NCBI GenBank assembly: GCA_951406725.2
Contig: OX597816.1
Span: 83,638,001-83,702,000 of the forward strand
DNA length: 64,000 nt
From: Octopus vulgaris
Taxonomy: Eukaryota
Direction of reading: 5' to 3'
Part shown: in pieces, positions 14,502-27,285 of the stretch
Layout of the letters: each line of letters opens with the position of its first letter
Numbering within the stretch: position 1 is the stretch's first letter
Made by a program: the position numbers and the translations under genes
The notes under the pieces: generated by a model
The model's database searches: none
Seen by the model: the letters and a program-made list of their open reading frames with translations, nothing else
What the model was told of the DNA's origin: nothing

Positions 14502-15389
14502 GTCATCATCATCATCATCGTTGTCGTCGTTGTCGTTGCCACCATCACCACCACATCCGCCGCCGCCGCCGCCGCCGCCACCGCCACCACCATCGCCACC
14601 ACCATCACCACCACCATCATCGCTTTCACTTATACTAACAACTTCATGATAATTATGAAGCCTCCTTATCACAACCACCTACGCCACCATCACTTAATTA
14701 CCACCCCAACCACCACGCTCGTCCTTCTCATCGTCTTTCACATTATCATCATCATCATCACACTGAGGTCGATAACCTCAATTGATATTCACAAATTGTA
14801 TGCCGTGCATACAGGCAATCGCCATATTGGATATTGCTGAATACTTCACTCTGAATATCGTAATGAGTTCTTGAAGTTAATCTTGTAGAGCAATCGACAT
14901 AAAGATCAATGGCAAATTCCTTCAGTATCTCTATTCTGTGAGCTTGTGAAGGAGACCACTGCGTGGTCGCTTGATCTACTAAAATTAGCAACCACTATCC
15001 TATTAGAATCACTCTCTTCGAAAAAAACCCAAAAAAAAAACAAACAAAAAAACAACACAAAAATGTACAGATCGTCTAAATGCAGTTACACAAGTACTAT
15101 ATCTGAGAAAAAACAGAAAAAAGATTAGTCACGTTTGAAATTTCTATGATCATAGGTCAGTTTGATCAAACCACAGGCTAAACAACAGCAGCATTTTCAT
15201 TCTTTCATTCTTTCATTCAATAAATAATACGCATTCCCCATTTTTTTTTTCTTTCACGTTCTCATGGGTTAGTCCTAGATGGAATTTTTTTTATCATAAG
15301 TGAGCCTGATAAGGGCAGACCTAGGGCTAAGCAGCAATGTCATTCATCATTGTGTCATTGATATTTTCAATAAATAACATTTTTTCTTT

Positions 15390-15713
15390 TCGGGGTCCAT
15401 ATAAGATTTGGAGGTGGGGATGGGGTTCACGCACCAAAGCAGTAAATTGGGGACCTACGGTAGTATTTTAAGGGCCCTTGAAAAAGTTTTGCTTTAGATG
15501 TATATTTTGGTATTTATTGAGAGAAACAGCGAGGTTTATTTCTCAAACATTTTACGTAGTTCTAACGACACAAATGAATGTGTGGAAAACAAAACAAGAA
15601 TTTTGAAAGAACTTGCTATACAACTAGGTTTTAAACATCGAATGACTATGGGGGTGCGCCGAAGAAAATAGTAATCTAAGAGGCCTATAGATAAATAATA
15701 GCTGAGAACCCTG
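15390..15713. mobile_element. Degenerate hAT/Charlie-like DNA transposon end
   Basis: Ends in GCTGAGAACCCTG, similar to Charlie-type GTTGAGAACC.CTG termini. A related fragment lies at about 25085-25168. The other end was not found. Confidence 0.35.
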
Positions 15714-16283
15714 ATATAGTTGCCCATATATTTTTTACTCTTTGTATCTTTCATTCATTTCATCAGTAAATTTCTCTCGTTTCTTGTCTCCGACAAACAC
15801 CCATTGGTTTATTCTCTCCTTCCCTTGTTCATTTATTTCATTGTTCATTACATTGACTTAATCCAGTTTTCCCACTTTTGATTATTATTTCATTCGCACA
15901 ACAAATCCGTTTCCTTATTCTTTCATTTGATTGTTCATAGTTTCAGTAAAGTAACTAACTTATTCTTTCACCCAGTACAACGCATGTCTCTCTCACTCCC
16001 CCTCTCTCTCTCCCTCTCTCACCCCCTCTCTCTCCCCCTCTCTCTCTCTCTCTCTCTTTCTTTCTCTCTCTCTTTCTTTCTCTCTCTCTTTCTTTCTCTC
16101 TCTCACATACAAATGCACTATTATTCAATCGTTTAGAATAGTCATTTGCTCATTAACTCATATGTTTTTCTTATTACTTCTTTGTAATTATCAGACAGGT
16201 AGACCCACTCACACGCATCTGTATGTCCGCGCCCCACCACACGCACACACAACAGCCCACACGCATATATATATATATATACA

Positions 16284-16314
<31 letters not shown>

Positions 16315-16415
16315 TACATATATATATATATCTGTCCGTTTTTGTATCGTCCATCTGTCCGTATGTTTTTATTGTCGTTCGTTACGTTCTTGTTCCGTAT
16401 TTTGGATTTATATAT

Positions 16416-16501
<86 letters not shown>

Positions 16502-16891
16502 GTGTGTATGTATGAGGCTTTGTTGTAAAGAAAGTGCTCTGATAATGACACATTAGAAAATACATAGAACACATATGAGCACAAATACCTGATACTAAAC
16601 TGTTGATCCGATGAGAGAAAGGGAACAGAGGAACAGAGAGGCGTGGGGAGAGAAGGAAAGAGAGAGCTTCAGTGAGTGGATGAGAGATAGTCACTAGCTT
16701 TAAATATGCTTTTGAAAGAAACAAGCATAAAATAATTGAAAATAAATAAAATAAGAACAAATTTTAAGAAGAGGAATAAAATAGAAATACAAGTGGTATA
16801 TTATTACATGGACAGCGAAGTTCAAGGACATTTCTAAATCCTAGTGCATACATAGATATTAGAGGAAAAGGGAGACAAGGGAGGAACAAAG

Positions 16892-17027
16892 GAAGAAGAA
16901 GAAGAAGAAGAAGAAGAAGAAGAAGAAGAAGAAGAAGAAGAAGAAGAAGAAGAAGAAGAAGAAGAAGAAGAAGAAGAAGAAGAAGAAGAAGAAGAAGAAG
17001 AAGAAGAAGAAGAAGAAGAAGAAGAAG
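16892..17027. repeat. (GAA)n microsatellite, about 45 units
   Basis: Pure GAA tract. Confidence 0.95.
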
Positions 17028-17905
17028 ACCCGTGTCTCACCACATATTTCTGTATTTCATATTAAAAAAAATATCTATCTTCCCACATTTTTACATTTTA
17101 TTTATCCCACCGCTTTGTTTAAAGCCAACAGCAGATAAAATAATGGTTGTTTGGAGAGTCGTGTGGATTCATTTCTTAAATCCTTAGTAGTTATAATAGA
17201 TTTCCTTCCTCTTTCTCCTCCACCCCTCGAAAACAACATTCACACTTAGAAACGTATAGACATAAAGGGACGGTCATATTAAAGTCTAGTGCGGCCATCT
17301 TACCCGTAGCTTGTATAGCTCTGCAATTTTTCGCTCAAACAGCAATGACAAAGCATTCCTTTAGCAAAGGGCGGTGGGGGCTGAAACAGAATGTGGGGGT
17401 CTCAATCTTTTTGATCGTACACCGACAATGTTGTCTGAGACGGGAAAAACATATGCTCTACCATTTTGTGTTCATCCTACTATTTATTTTGTTTAAATCA
17501 CACACACACACACACGTACATCTATGTATATGTATATATATGTATGTATATATACATACTTACACACACAGACACACGCATATATATTTGTAGATACAAA
17601 AAACGTATTCATACATGTATGTTTGGTATATTTTTATTCCTTACGAGCATATATGTACGAAAATATTTATAAAAAAGAACTTCAATAAAAGAGAAAATGT
17701 TTTAAAGTGATTTTTAAAATACGTGACATACGATACACTGGCACGCACATGCATATATATATATATGCATGCATATATATAGTATGTATATGAGTATGTA
17801 TATGCACAGATGTATACATAAACTCAGGGCCCCTAAACTTTCCCACACACTCATCTACCTTTTATTTAATGTATGTATGTATGTATATGTATGTACGTAT
17901 ATTCG

Positions 17906-17945
<40 letters not shown>

Positions 17946-17946
<1 letters not shown>

Positions 17947-18219
17947 TGGTCCCCGTGCCGTCAGAAATGACGGCTAATTGTAGTATTTTATTTATATATA
18001 TATATATATATAAGGTACAAAACCAAGATTTTGGTTTAATAATTCTTTTTACTACTAAAAGAATTTTCAGGATTTCCTTCCTTCTTGTCCGACTTAAGGC
18101 TACATAAATCTGGCCGTGACTAAATACTGGAGCTGCCAAGTAAATACCAAATATACAGGGTTGAAACGCTGTTTGATTTTTCTTTTCAGCGTTGAATGTT
18201 CACCATCTCACTTCCATTG

Positions 18220-18288
<69 letters not shown>

Positions 18289-18335
18289 ACACACACACAC
18301 ACAAAACATTCACATACCTCCCTTTTACATATACA
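17946..18335 (-). mobile_element. Miniature non-autonomous Helitron with a Rep-helicase C-terminal remnant
   Basis: The minus strand encodes GIYLAAPVFSHGQIYVALSR (Helitron Pif1-like helicase motif, consensus PVFSHGQLYVALSR). A 3' hairpin GCCGTCA-tttc-TGACGGC (17957-17974) is followed 11 nt later by CCAG|T in an AT tract. The 5' end is approximate. Confidence 0.85.
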
Positions 18336-18505
18336 CACATAAACTCACAGAGTTGAAACGCTGTTTGTTTTTTCTTTTCAGCGTTCAATTTAACCAATAT
18401 ATATATATATATTTAAATAGAGGTTAAAATAGCCACCTAAAGGGATATTATTTTGTTGTGAATAGAAATATCCTTGAGTTTAAATCTTGGTTTATAAATA
18501 TTCAA

Positions 18506-18785
18506 ATTAAAATTCAGAAAATGGAGATGTAGCATTAATATAGTTTATTAACTGCAAAAATCCAACGTATTCTCTTACAGCTGTTTCAATTTTGCCCAAA
18601 GGAATTAAATTCCAGTAATTAAAACATTTTATTGGGCACAATCTCGTCAGAGGAGTAAAAACAACATATCTTTATGTTATTACATGTTATTCTTCCAAAA
18701 CATCTCAACAGCTGTAAGTGAAACATGTTGAATTTTTGCAGTTAATAAACTATATTAACGCTATTTCACCATTTTCCGGATTTTA

Positions 18786-18787
<2 letters not shown>
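18506..18787. mobile_element. Inverted repeat with ~80-bp arms, probable Penelope-like pseudo-LTR in inverted arrangement
   Basis: 18506-18585 and 18707-18787 are reverse complements (e.g. TTAATATAGTTTATTAACTGCAAAAAT). The element contains a hammerhead motif. Confidence 0.7.
18568..18657 (-). ncRNA. Type I hammerhead ribozyme motif with extended stem II
   Basis: Minus strand: CUGACGA (18650-18644), stem II GAUUGUGCCCAA/UUGGGCAAAAUU, then GAAAC-AGCU-GUA (18587-18576). Stem I is imperfect. Confidence 0.65.
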
Positions 18788-18824
<37 letters not shown>

Positions 18825-19175
18825 TATATATGCGTGAATATGTACATATGTTCAAATATATGTTTGCGTGTGTGTGTGTGTGTATGTGTGCATAATTGGT
18901 TACGTATGTAGCCACGTCTCTCAATATACACAGCTGCTATATGTTCCTACATGACTATATTCTTTGAACGATATAGACGCGTAGCAAAATGTATGCGTGT
19001 GTGCAATTGTATCTAAGTTTAAGTGCTGCTATGTATATGTCAACGTTAAAGATACGTATAATGCGCTACATTTATACACATGCAAACCAAATGCGAACAT
19101 ATTCATAAGACAATTCACACGAGTGCATTCCTAATACCTACGTATATATATATATATAGGCAGTATATGTGTGTT

Positions 19176-19208
<33 letters not shown>

Positions 19209-19499
19209 TTATGCTGCGATGAGACCTAACCTGCACTGATACATTGATATATACAGGGTGGTCATAAATTCGCGCACCATCCTTCAACATGTGAAATTGC
19301 TAACATTCTCTTTTTTTTAATGTCTTTTCACAACTACCGATATTATTCACAAACCATTCCTCGTTGGATGGAGGCAGATAATCAACTAGGCGGGAGCAAG
19401 GTATTGGTGTGGCGTGTGATTTGACACAATCAACGATTTGAACCAATATTACAAATTATTGAAAAACAAGGTGGGTATGTCTGTTTGCTTCCAATTTAG

Positions 19500-20510
19500 A
19501 ATTATAGCACTCTTGTTAGTCCCCGAGGTCATGCTAAGCAAAAAGCCAGAAAGCGGCTTACATAATACCAGAGTTCCAGGACGGCTCTCACAATAGATGG
19601 TACAGTGTTCTTTAGAAAGTAGGTTCAGTACAAATGCTGGGAGAAAAAGAAAGACTTGTTCATTGCATTCGTGGATTTGTCAAATATCCTTGACACTGTA
19701 AACAATGAACTTCTCTGCAATATTCTAAGAGAATTTAACTGTTCACCCAATTCTGTGAAACTCCTTTACCATTTGAATCCATGGATGATAGCGCTAATTG
19801 TTGGTGAAAGGCATAAATCTGAGTGCTTTAGAGTAAATAAAGAGGTTAGAAAATCTTCCATTCTGATTTTCGTACTGTTTAATATTTTCCTCGACTGTAT
19901 AATGACATGTTACCCGAAGAACGGAGAGGATAGAATTATGACAATAGTCAGTGTTAACTTCCAACTCGTTGGAAAGATTTCCAACATGGGGATCCTTTAG
20001 AGCAACGTCAATCTTAGATCTGAACACTGGTCATTCTGAAACAGTATGCTAATGACTATCTTCTTATAGCTTACATCCTGAAAGCCCTAGAGATCGTAAT
20101 CTCGGCTACATTTCTAGATCATTAAAGAATGAGTCTCACAGTTAACACTTCTTAAACAGCGATTATATTTCAATAGAATACTTCATCGCCCTCATTCTAC
20201 CCCACTTACTCGACTGAATAGCAATATCTAGCCATGCTCGATTAAATTCAGATACCCAGGCGGCAGAATTGCCATTGATTGTTTCTTGAGCAAAAGGATT
20301 CTAATTCGCATCAAAAAAGTCACTGTATCCTTTACAAGAATCAGAAAAAGTGTCTTTCGAAATTTCCATCTCAGCCGCAGTACTAAAATTTTCATCTTCC
20401 AGATGTGTTTCTGTTCTTTTGAGTGGGTGCAAAATACGGTACACATGCAACCGACATAGTGAAACCCTGATGCTTTTAAGAACTAACGTTTCAAGATGAC
20501 CCTTTTCGTT
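19500..20510 (+). mobile_element. RTE-clade LINE, heavily degraded reverse transcriptase region
   Basis: FIAFVDLSNILDTVNNELL (consensus FVDL.KAFD.V.R..L), KEVRKSSILIFVLFNIFL (GVRQG..L.P.LF), QYANDY (YADD), FRYPGG (F.YLGS) and RIKKVTVSF. Many stops and frameshifts. Confidence 0.8.
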
Positions 20511-20646
20511 AACAACAAGATAGAATTATGAGCACAGAAATCCTCCGTTGAACCATAACTAAGAGCATTGAATCTGGCTTATACTGGCTCAAAGAAGAGG
20601 GCTCAGACATACAGTGCACGTCTAACTTTCCCTTATATATACATAC

Positions 20647-20677
<31 letters not shown>

Positions 20678-20686
20678 TGTATGTAT

Positions 20687-20847
20687 TCGACGGCATCTTT
20701 CAGTTTCCGTCTACAATAATCCACCCAGAAGGCTTTGGTCGGCCGAGGCTATAGTAGAAGACTTGCTCAAGGACTCACGCAGTGGGACTGAACGCGGAAC
20801 CATGTGATTGGGAAGCAAGCTTCTTACCACACAGCCACACCTGCACC
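20687..20847 (-). mobile_element. SINE family A, 5' half
   Basis: GGCTTTGGTCGGCCGAGGCTATAGTAGAAGAC...GTGGGACTGAAC...CTTACCACACAGCCAC. Confidence 0.85.
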
Positions 20848-20900
<53 letters not shown>

Positions 20901-21680
20901 GTATTTCAAATTAAGTGATTCGTCACTGAAAATACAATTTACTTTGATGAATTAAATACAAAACATAATAAATACGCGAGAAATACACACCAAAAGTAAA
21001 AAAGAAAACAAAATCATATTAAATTAAGTAATTTTTCTAATCTAAATTTTCTAGCTTTCAAAAACTGTTTTTTTTCTTTTCAAAATATACATTATTTTAT
21101 ACATACATACATATATATACATTCATTCACACACACACACATACATGCACACATGCACAAACACACATATATTTACCAAACAATGTATTCAGTAAAGCGC
21201 GTAAATTTTTTCCCTTCTTTATCTTATCTCTTCACAGATCTCTCGTATTTTTCTTTGTCTCCCTTTACTTTTCTGTTTGTCTACATTTACATTTTTTTCC
21301 ATCTAAATTACTTGGTCTTCTTACACTGCACCAATATTTAAAACACACACACACTCACACATACATATACACACACGCACGCACGCACATGTATTTGATT
21401 GGGTATTCCACCATTCCTGCACCCTCCTTTCTTGTAGCCATTCACTCTTTTACCTTTCCCTCTATTAAATATAATTTGACAGCGATTTTAAGAGAAAAGT
21501 CCTCCCACCTCCATCAAAAAACTATTACACATTTTAGTGATAATAACTGTTTGAAAATATAGGCAATTTGATGAAGCGATACATATACATCTACATACAA
21601 GTTATGAATGTGCACAGGCATATAAAAAACCTTTTCTACATATTTATGTGCATGTATGTATGTATGTGTATATATATGAA

Positions 21681-21811
<131 letters not shown>

Positions 21812-21971
21812 TGATACACGATCCCTATTGATCGGCCCCACTTTTTTTCACGATCCCTTTTAATCGGAATTTGCCCCTCTCCCTTTTTTCCCATTCCCTT
21901 CTTCCCAAAAAGAAAAGCTTTACTTTGTATTTTGTCCCTTCTGTGTTTAGCCCAGCGTGGCCAATAAAGAA

Positions 21972-22050
<79 letters not shown>

Positions 22051-22063
22051 ATCTCTCTCTCTT

Positions 22064-22152
<89 letters not shown>

Positions 22153-22297
22153 GTTGATATACATATATCAACATACATACACACACATAGTCACACATAC
22201 ACATATAGATAGATTGATAGGTGGAGAGAGAAAGAGAACGCGAGAGAGATATTTTGTGTCTGAACTTCTCAAATTCGCAAGAACACGTATATCGTCT

Positions 22298-22353
<56 letters not shown>

Positions 22354-22768
22354 GTATGTGTTATATGACAATTGGTAGAGAGCGAGAGAGAGAGAAAGAG
22401 AAAATGGAGGAGGGGTAGGGTCATTTCGGTTTATGTATTGAATGAAGTAGGTAGGTTTGCCAAAAAAAGCTAATAGCGTGGGAGTAGTCCAAAATTCTGT
22501 CACCAGTTTATAATAAAAACAAAAACAAAACCGCTGTGTTATTACAGTTCTTTCATTTTCTTTTTCTTTGCCAAACTAGAATTTTAAGCAACATTTCTTC
22601 TATACAACTAGTAAGAAAATCATTCATATTTTACAATAGACAAGTTTTCCATGTTAAGTTCCTTTGACATTCAAAGTCGCACGAATGTGCAAATACGTAC
22701 GCACAATTATGCACGCACACATACGAAAACACGCACTCTGTGACTCTCTCGCACATAGGCACAATTTG

Positions 22769-22874
<106 letters not shown>

Positions 22875-23128
22875 TACTAATATAGGATGAAGTTTTTTTC
22901 TCTACAGAAAAAAATTCCATCAAGAAATGTGGCAGCATATTAAAATACCTTTACGGTTAAAATTATAAACAACTTATAATCTATCTTAATTTTTTTTAGC
23001 CCTTACTTATAAGTTATATATACGTATACATATATATATATGCGTGTGTGTGTGGATGAAACTGTTTTGATCCATACATGTAACTCCCAATAAATATTTT
23101 GAGAACCCCTCTTTTGTTTGTCCACTCA

Positions 23129-23169
<41 letters not shown>

Positions 23170-23419
23170 ATCTTATAAGGGTGTATGGCTTGTTGATATA
23201 TAATCCATGCATTCGCTAATTGTTTTAAGTGTTCAAGAAGTTTCAATCAGACACAGACACGCTCTGGGTCCCTATACACTCGAAGCAGAAGTAAATCCAC
23301 GATGTAACAGCTGGAAGAACAGAATCCTGGAACAGCCGTCTGGCTGATGATCGTTGACTAAAAAAACGTGTAATGAAGTATCTTGCCCAATGACAACACA
23401 TCGCACGCTCCAAGAATCT

Positions 23420-23477
23420 AACAATACCTTAGATGGTTTCGCTGTAGATTGTGAATCACTTAGGCCATTTGCCTTCG

Positions 23478-23534
<57 letters not shown>

Positions 23535-23725
23535 TGCTGAACAGCTGAACTCTATACGTTTTTTATATTCTCCCTGTGTTTATTTCCTCTTATTACTTTC
23601 TGATGAAGAACGTAGGCTCGAAACGTGAAAGACTTTTTCATTTTTCCCGAGCGTCAAACTAATACACTTGGTTCTTGTTCATACACCTGTCTTCGTCTTT
23701 TGTTTTTCTATAAATTTCAATTATA
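23420..23725 (+). mobile_element. Probable Penelope-like element pseudo-LTR remnant, interrupted by (GT)n
   Basis: T-rich terminal-repeat-like sequence that carries a minimal hammerhead and ends at an AT tract. Boundaries are approximate. Confidence 0.55.
23596..23631 (+). ncRNA. Minimal type I hammerhead ribozyme motif (degenerate)
   Basis: CUUU-CUGAUGA-a-GAAC gUAG GCUC-GAAAC-GUG-AAAG. Both core boxes are present, stem I is CUUU/AAAG, and stem II has one mismatch. Confidence 0.65.
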
Positions 23726-23738
23726 TATGTGTGTATAT

Positions 23739-23781
<43 letters not shown>

Positions 23782-23888
23782 TACACACACACATACATAT
23801 ATACATACACACACACACGCATATATGTTATAAACATAGGAAGAGAGACACTGTATGTGTGTGGAGGGGATGAGAGAGATAGACAGAC

Positions 23889-23962
<74 letters not shown>

Positions 23963-24649
23963 TGAGAGAGAGAGAGAGTGAGAAAGAGAGAGTGAGAGCG
24001 AGAGGAGGTGAATGTACAAATATATTCTTCAGAATTGAAATGAAATAGATTCGTGAAGTAATCTCTTGAGCCGCCGAGTGCTTACCACTTACTGCAGGCT
24101 TCTTACGACTTTTATGCATGTATATTATACTTTATAAGCTACATGTCTTGGAAATAATTACTTCACATAAAGGACGGTAGTACAATATAGAAATAGATCC
24201 TGAAGCGCAATCTGAGTGAAGTGGGGTTAAAAAGAAATAGAATTCTATAGAATTAATGGAGAGGAGAGGGGAGAGAGAGGGAGTGAGCGAGCGAGAGAGA
24301 AAGAGAGAGGGAAAGAGAGAGCTTAGTGAAGAGACAGCAACAGAGTATACAGGTAAGGGTGTGCATGTAAGAGAGTTAAATCCTCAGGAACATATATGAT
24401 ATATAATACAGATTATTGTATAAATAAAGTTTCCTTGCTTTTAAGTGTGAAGAAATGAAAAAAGGAGGAGGAAGAAAGAATGAGGAGCACAGACAGATGG
24501 TGGTTTATAGAAGAAGGTAGATGTATATAGTGGGTAGACAGGGTGTAGTTAGATAAGTAAATAAACAAATAGGTACATAGATACACATCCGCACGTATTG
24601 AGAAATAGTTATAGATAGAAATTATAGATAGATACATAGATAGATAGAC

Positions 24650-24682
<33 letters not shown>

Positions 24683-24688
24683 TAGACT

Positions 24689-24752
<64 letters not shown>

Positions 24753-24892
24753 TGTAGATATGGTGTGTTATATATCTACTGAATATGTGTGTGTATGTGT
24801 GTATGTATATATTCTGATTTGTGTATATCAGTTTCTATCACCGTCTAACTTCCATCTTATTCTCTCGTTTCATAGCCATCTATCTATTTAAA

Positions 24893-25003
<111 letters not shown>

Positions 25004-26280
25004 TGAAATACAAAATATTACAATTAAAAAAAAAAATTCCTAATAATATTTAATTATAAAAATACACTAAGATATTTTTTTATATAGAGTGATTGGTTAT
25101 GGAGGTCCAGTAGAATAAAATAGGTCTCAGAGGGATCTATAGGGGAAAAATTGTGGTTCAAATCCTGCCGTGGAAGGAATGCACTGAGACCTCATACGAT
25201 TTTTTTTTTATACTCATAGTTAACCCTCGATGGTATTACAGCGATCCACGGTATTCAACCTGCTGATAGCAGACGCTACCTGGTGATAATAAGAGTAAAT
25301 ATAAAAGAGCAGAATAACTACTGTCTCGGGTTAGGTGTGGTGGAAGACAATAGGTGACCCAGTACTAACTAATCAAACATAGTGATACACAAGGTGGCCG
25401 AGGTCACTTGAATGGGGCGAAGAGGAAGAAGTGGTGATGGCGTTAGATGTATTGGTGATATTGGTGGAGTTGTGCGATAATGATGGGGTGTTAGCGGTGG
25501 AGGTATGTGACAGCGGCGGTGGCGGGATGCGATAGTGATGGTGATAGTGGTTAAAGCTTGTGGCGTTAACGATGGTGGAGATGGTGATAATTTTGTGATG
25601 TTGGAGGCAGTGGTATTAGAAGTGAGGGGGGGGGGTACAGATGAGCTATGGTGAGGAGAAAGAAAGAGAGAAGCGGGTGCAGGATTTGTAGCGATCTCAG
25701 TTAGCCTTTTACCCCATACGATCTACCCGGTTTAAAAGCTATAATCTGGCAAACAGACTGTGACCCGACTGACGTCTTGCATGTACCTCTCACACTCAAC
25801 AATACTATCATCTTACCTCTTCAGCTTCCCCCTCCTTTCTCTTCTCCTCTTTCACCCCTATTTATCTTCGTCTTCCGTGTCTCTCTTTCTCTCGACTCCC
25901 TCCACTCTGCTTTTTGTTAATCTGTTTATATCTTTTTCTCTCTTCCTCCATCCTTCTCTCTCCCCTCTCTCCCCTCTCTCTCTCTCTCTCTCTCTCTCTC
26001 GCTCTCTCTCTCTCTACCCCTTTCTTTCATTCATATAATGCACAGATTCTTACATTCATTTAAATACACGTGCACGCAGAAAGGTGAAGAAAAGGGACAC
26101 GGAAGAAAAAAGAAACGATAAAACCGCAGAAAACACATATCTTAATCATCTACAGAGCTTTCTCACTCTTTTATATTTCATATCCTGTTCCAGCATGACC
26201 ACAAACAACAACTTGGAACAAGTAGAAGAATATACAGACGCACAAATACATATTTAATTGTATGCACATCCACATACATA

Positions 26281-26585
26281 GGTGCTGGTGTGGTTGTGTG
26301 GTAAGAAGTATGCTTCCCGACCACATGGTTCCGGGTTCAGTTCCAGTGTCTTCTACTGTAGTCTTGGGCCGACCAAAGCTTTGTGAGTAGATTTGGTAGA
26401 CGGAAACTAAAGAAGCTTGTCGTATATTTAGATATGAATGTGTGTCTTTGTATTGGTATGTTTATGTCCCTGCAAGCTAGCGGTTCGGCAAAATAGACCG
26501 ATGGAATAAGTACAACGCTTTTTTTAAAAAGTACTGGGAGCAATCCATTCAACTACAACTTCTTCAAGGCGGTGCCTCAACATGG
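26281..26585 (+). mobile_element. SINE family A, diverged copy
   Basis: GTGGTTGTGTGGTAAG...GGTTCAGTTCC...AGCGGTTCGGCAAAA...AAGGCGGTGC. Confidence 0.8.
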
Positions 26586-26616
26586 AATACATATATATAT
26601 ATATATATATATATAT

Positions 26617-26826
26617 CGCAATGGCCTAGTGGTTAGGGCAGCGGACTTGCGGTCGGAGGATCGCGGTTTCGATTCCCAGACCGGGCGTTGTGTGTGTTTA
26701 TTGAGCGAAAAAAACACCTAAAAGCTCCACGAGGCTCCGGCAGGAGGTGGTGATCCCTGCTGTACTCTTTCACCACTCTAAAGGCGGTGCTCCAGCATGG
26801 TCGCAGTCAAATGACTGAAACAAGTA
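26617..26826 (+). mobile_element. SINE family C 5' part fused to a family A 3' tail
   Basis: A-box TGGCCTAGTGG and B-box GGTTTCGATTCC. Matches the reverse complement of 46800-47091 up to about 26778, then switches to AAAGGCGGTGCTCCAGCATGG...ACTGAAACAAGTA. Confidence 0.8.
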
Positions 26827-27121
26827 CAAAAAAAATATATATATATACACCGAGAGAGAGAGAGAGAGAGGGAGAGGGAGAGAGAGAAAGAGCGGGAGAG
26901 ATAGAGAGTGGAGGAGAAAAGCAAGAGACAAAGCTATATAGATAGCTAGATGAAAAACATCCAACATGAAGAAACAATGAATGAGAGAGAAGGGGTAGTG
27001 AGGCAAGAGGGACATATGGATCAATGTCTTTGATAAATGGAAACTGAAAACGAAAAGACAATATCAGACATAAAAAGAGCAAAACATACTAATGCATCTA
27101 TCTATCTACCTACCTACCTAC

Positions 27122-27285
<164 letters not shown>

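Noticed and set aside
17855-18139. Host PIF1 helicase exon
   Set aside because: The motif lies just upstream of a Helitron-type hairpin terminus and decays into microsatellite, so a Helitron remnant explains it better.
19252-19300. TACAGGGTGGTC Tc1/mariner-like terminus
   Set aside because: No partner TIR or transposase remnant was found.
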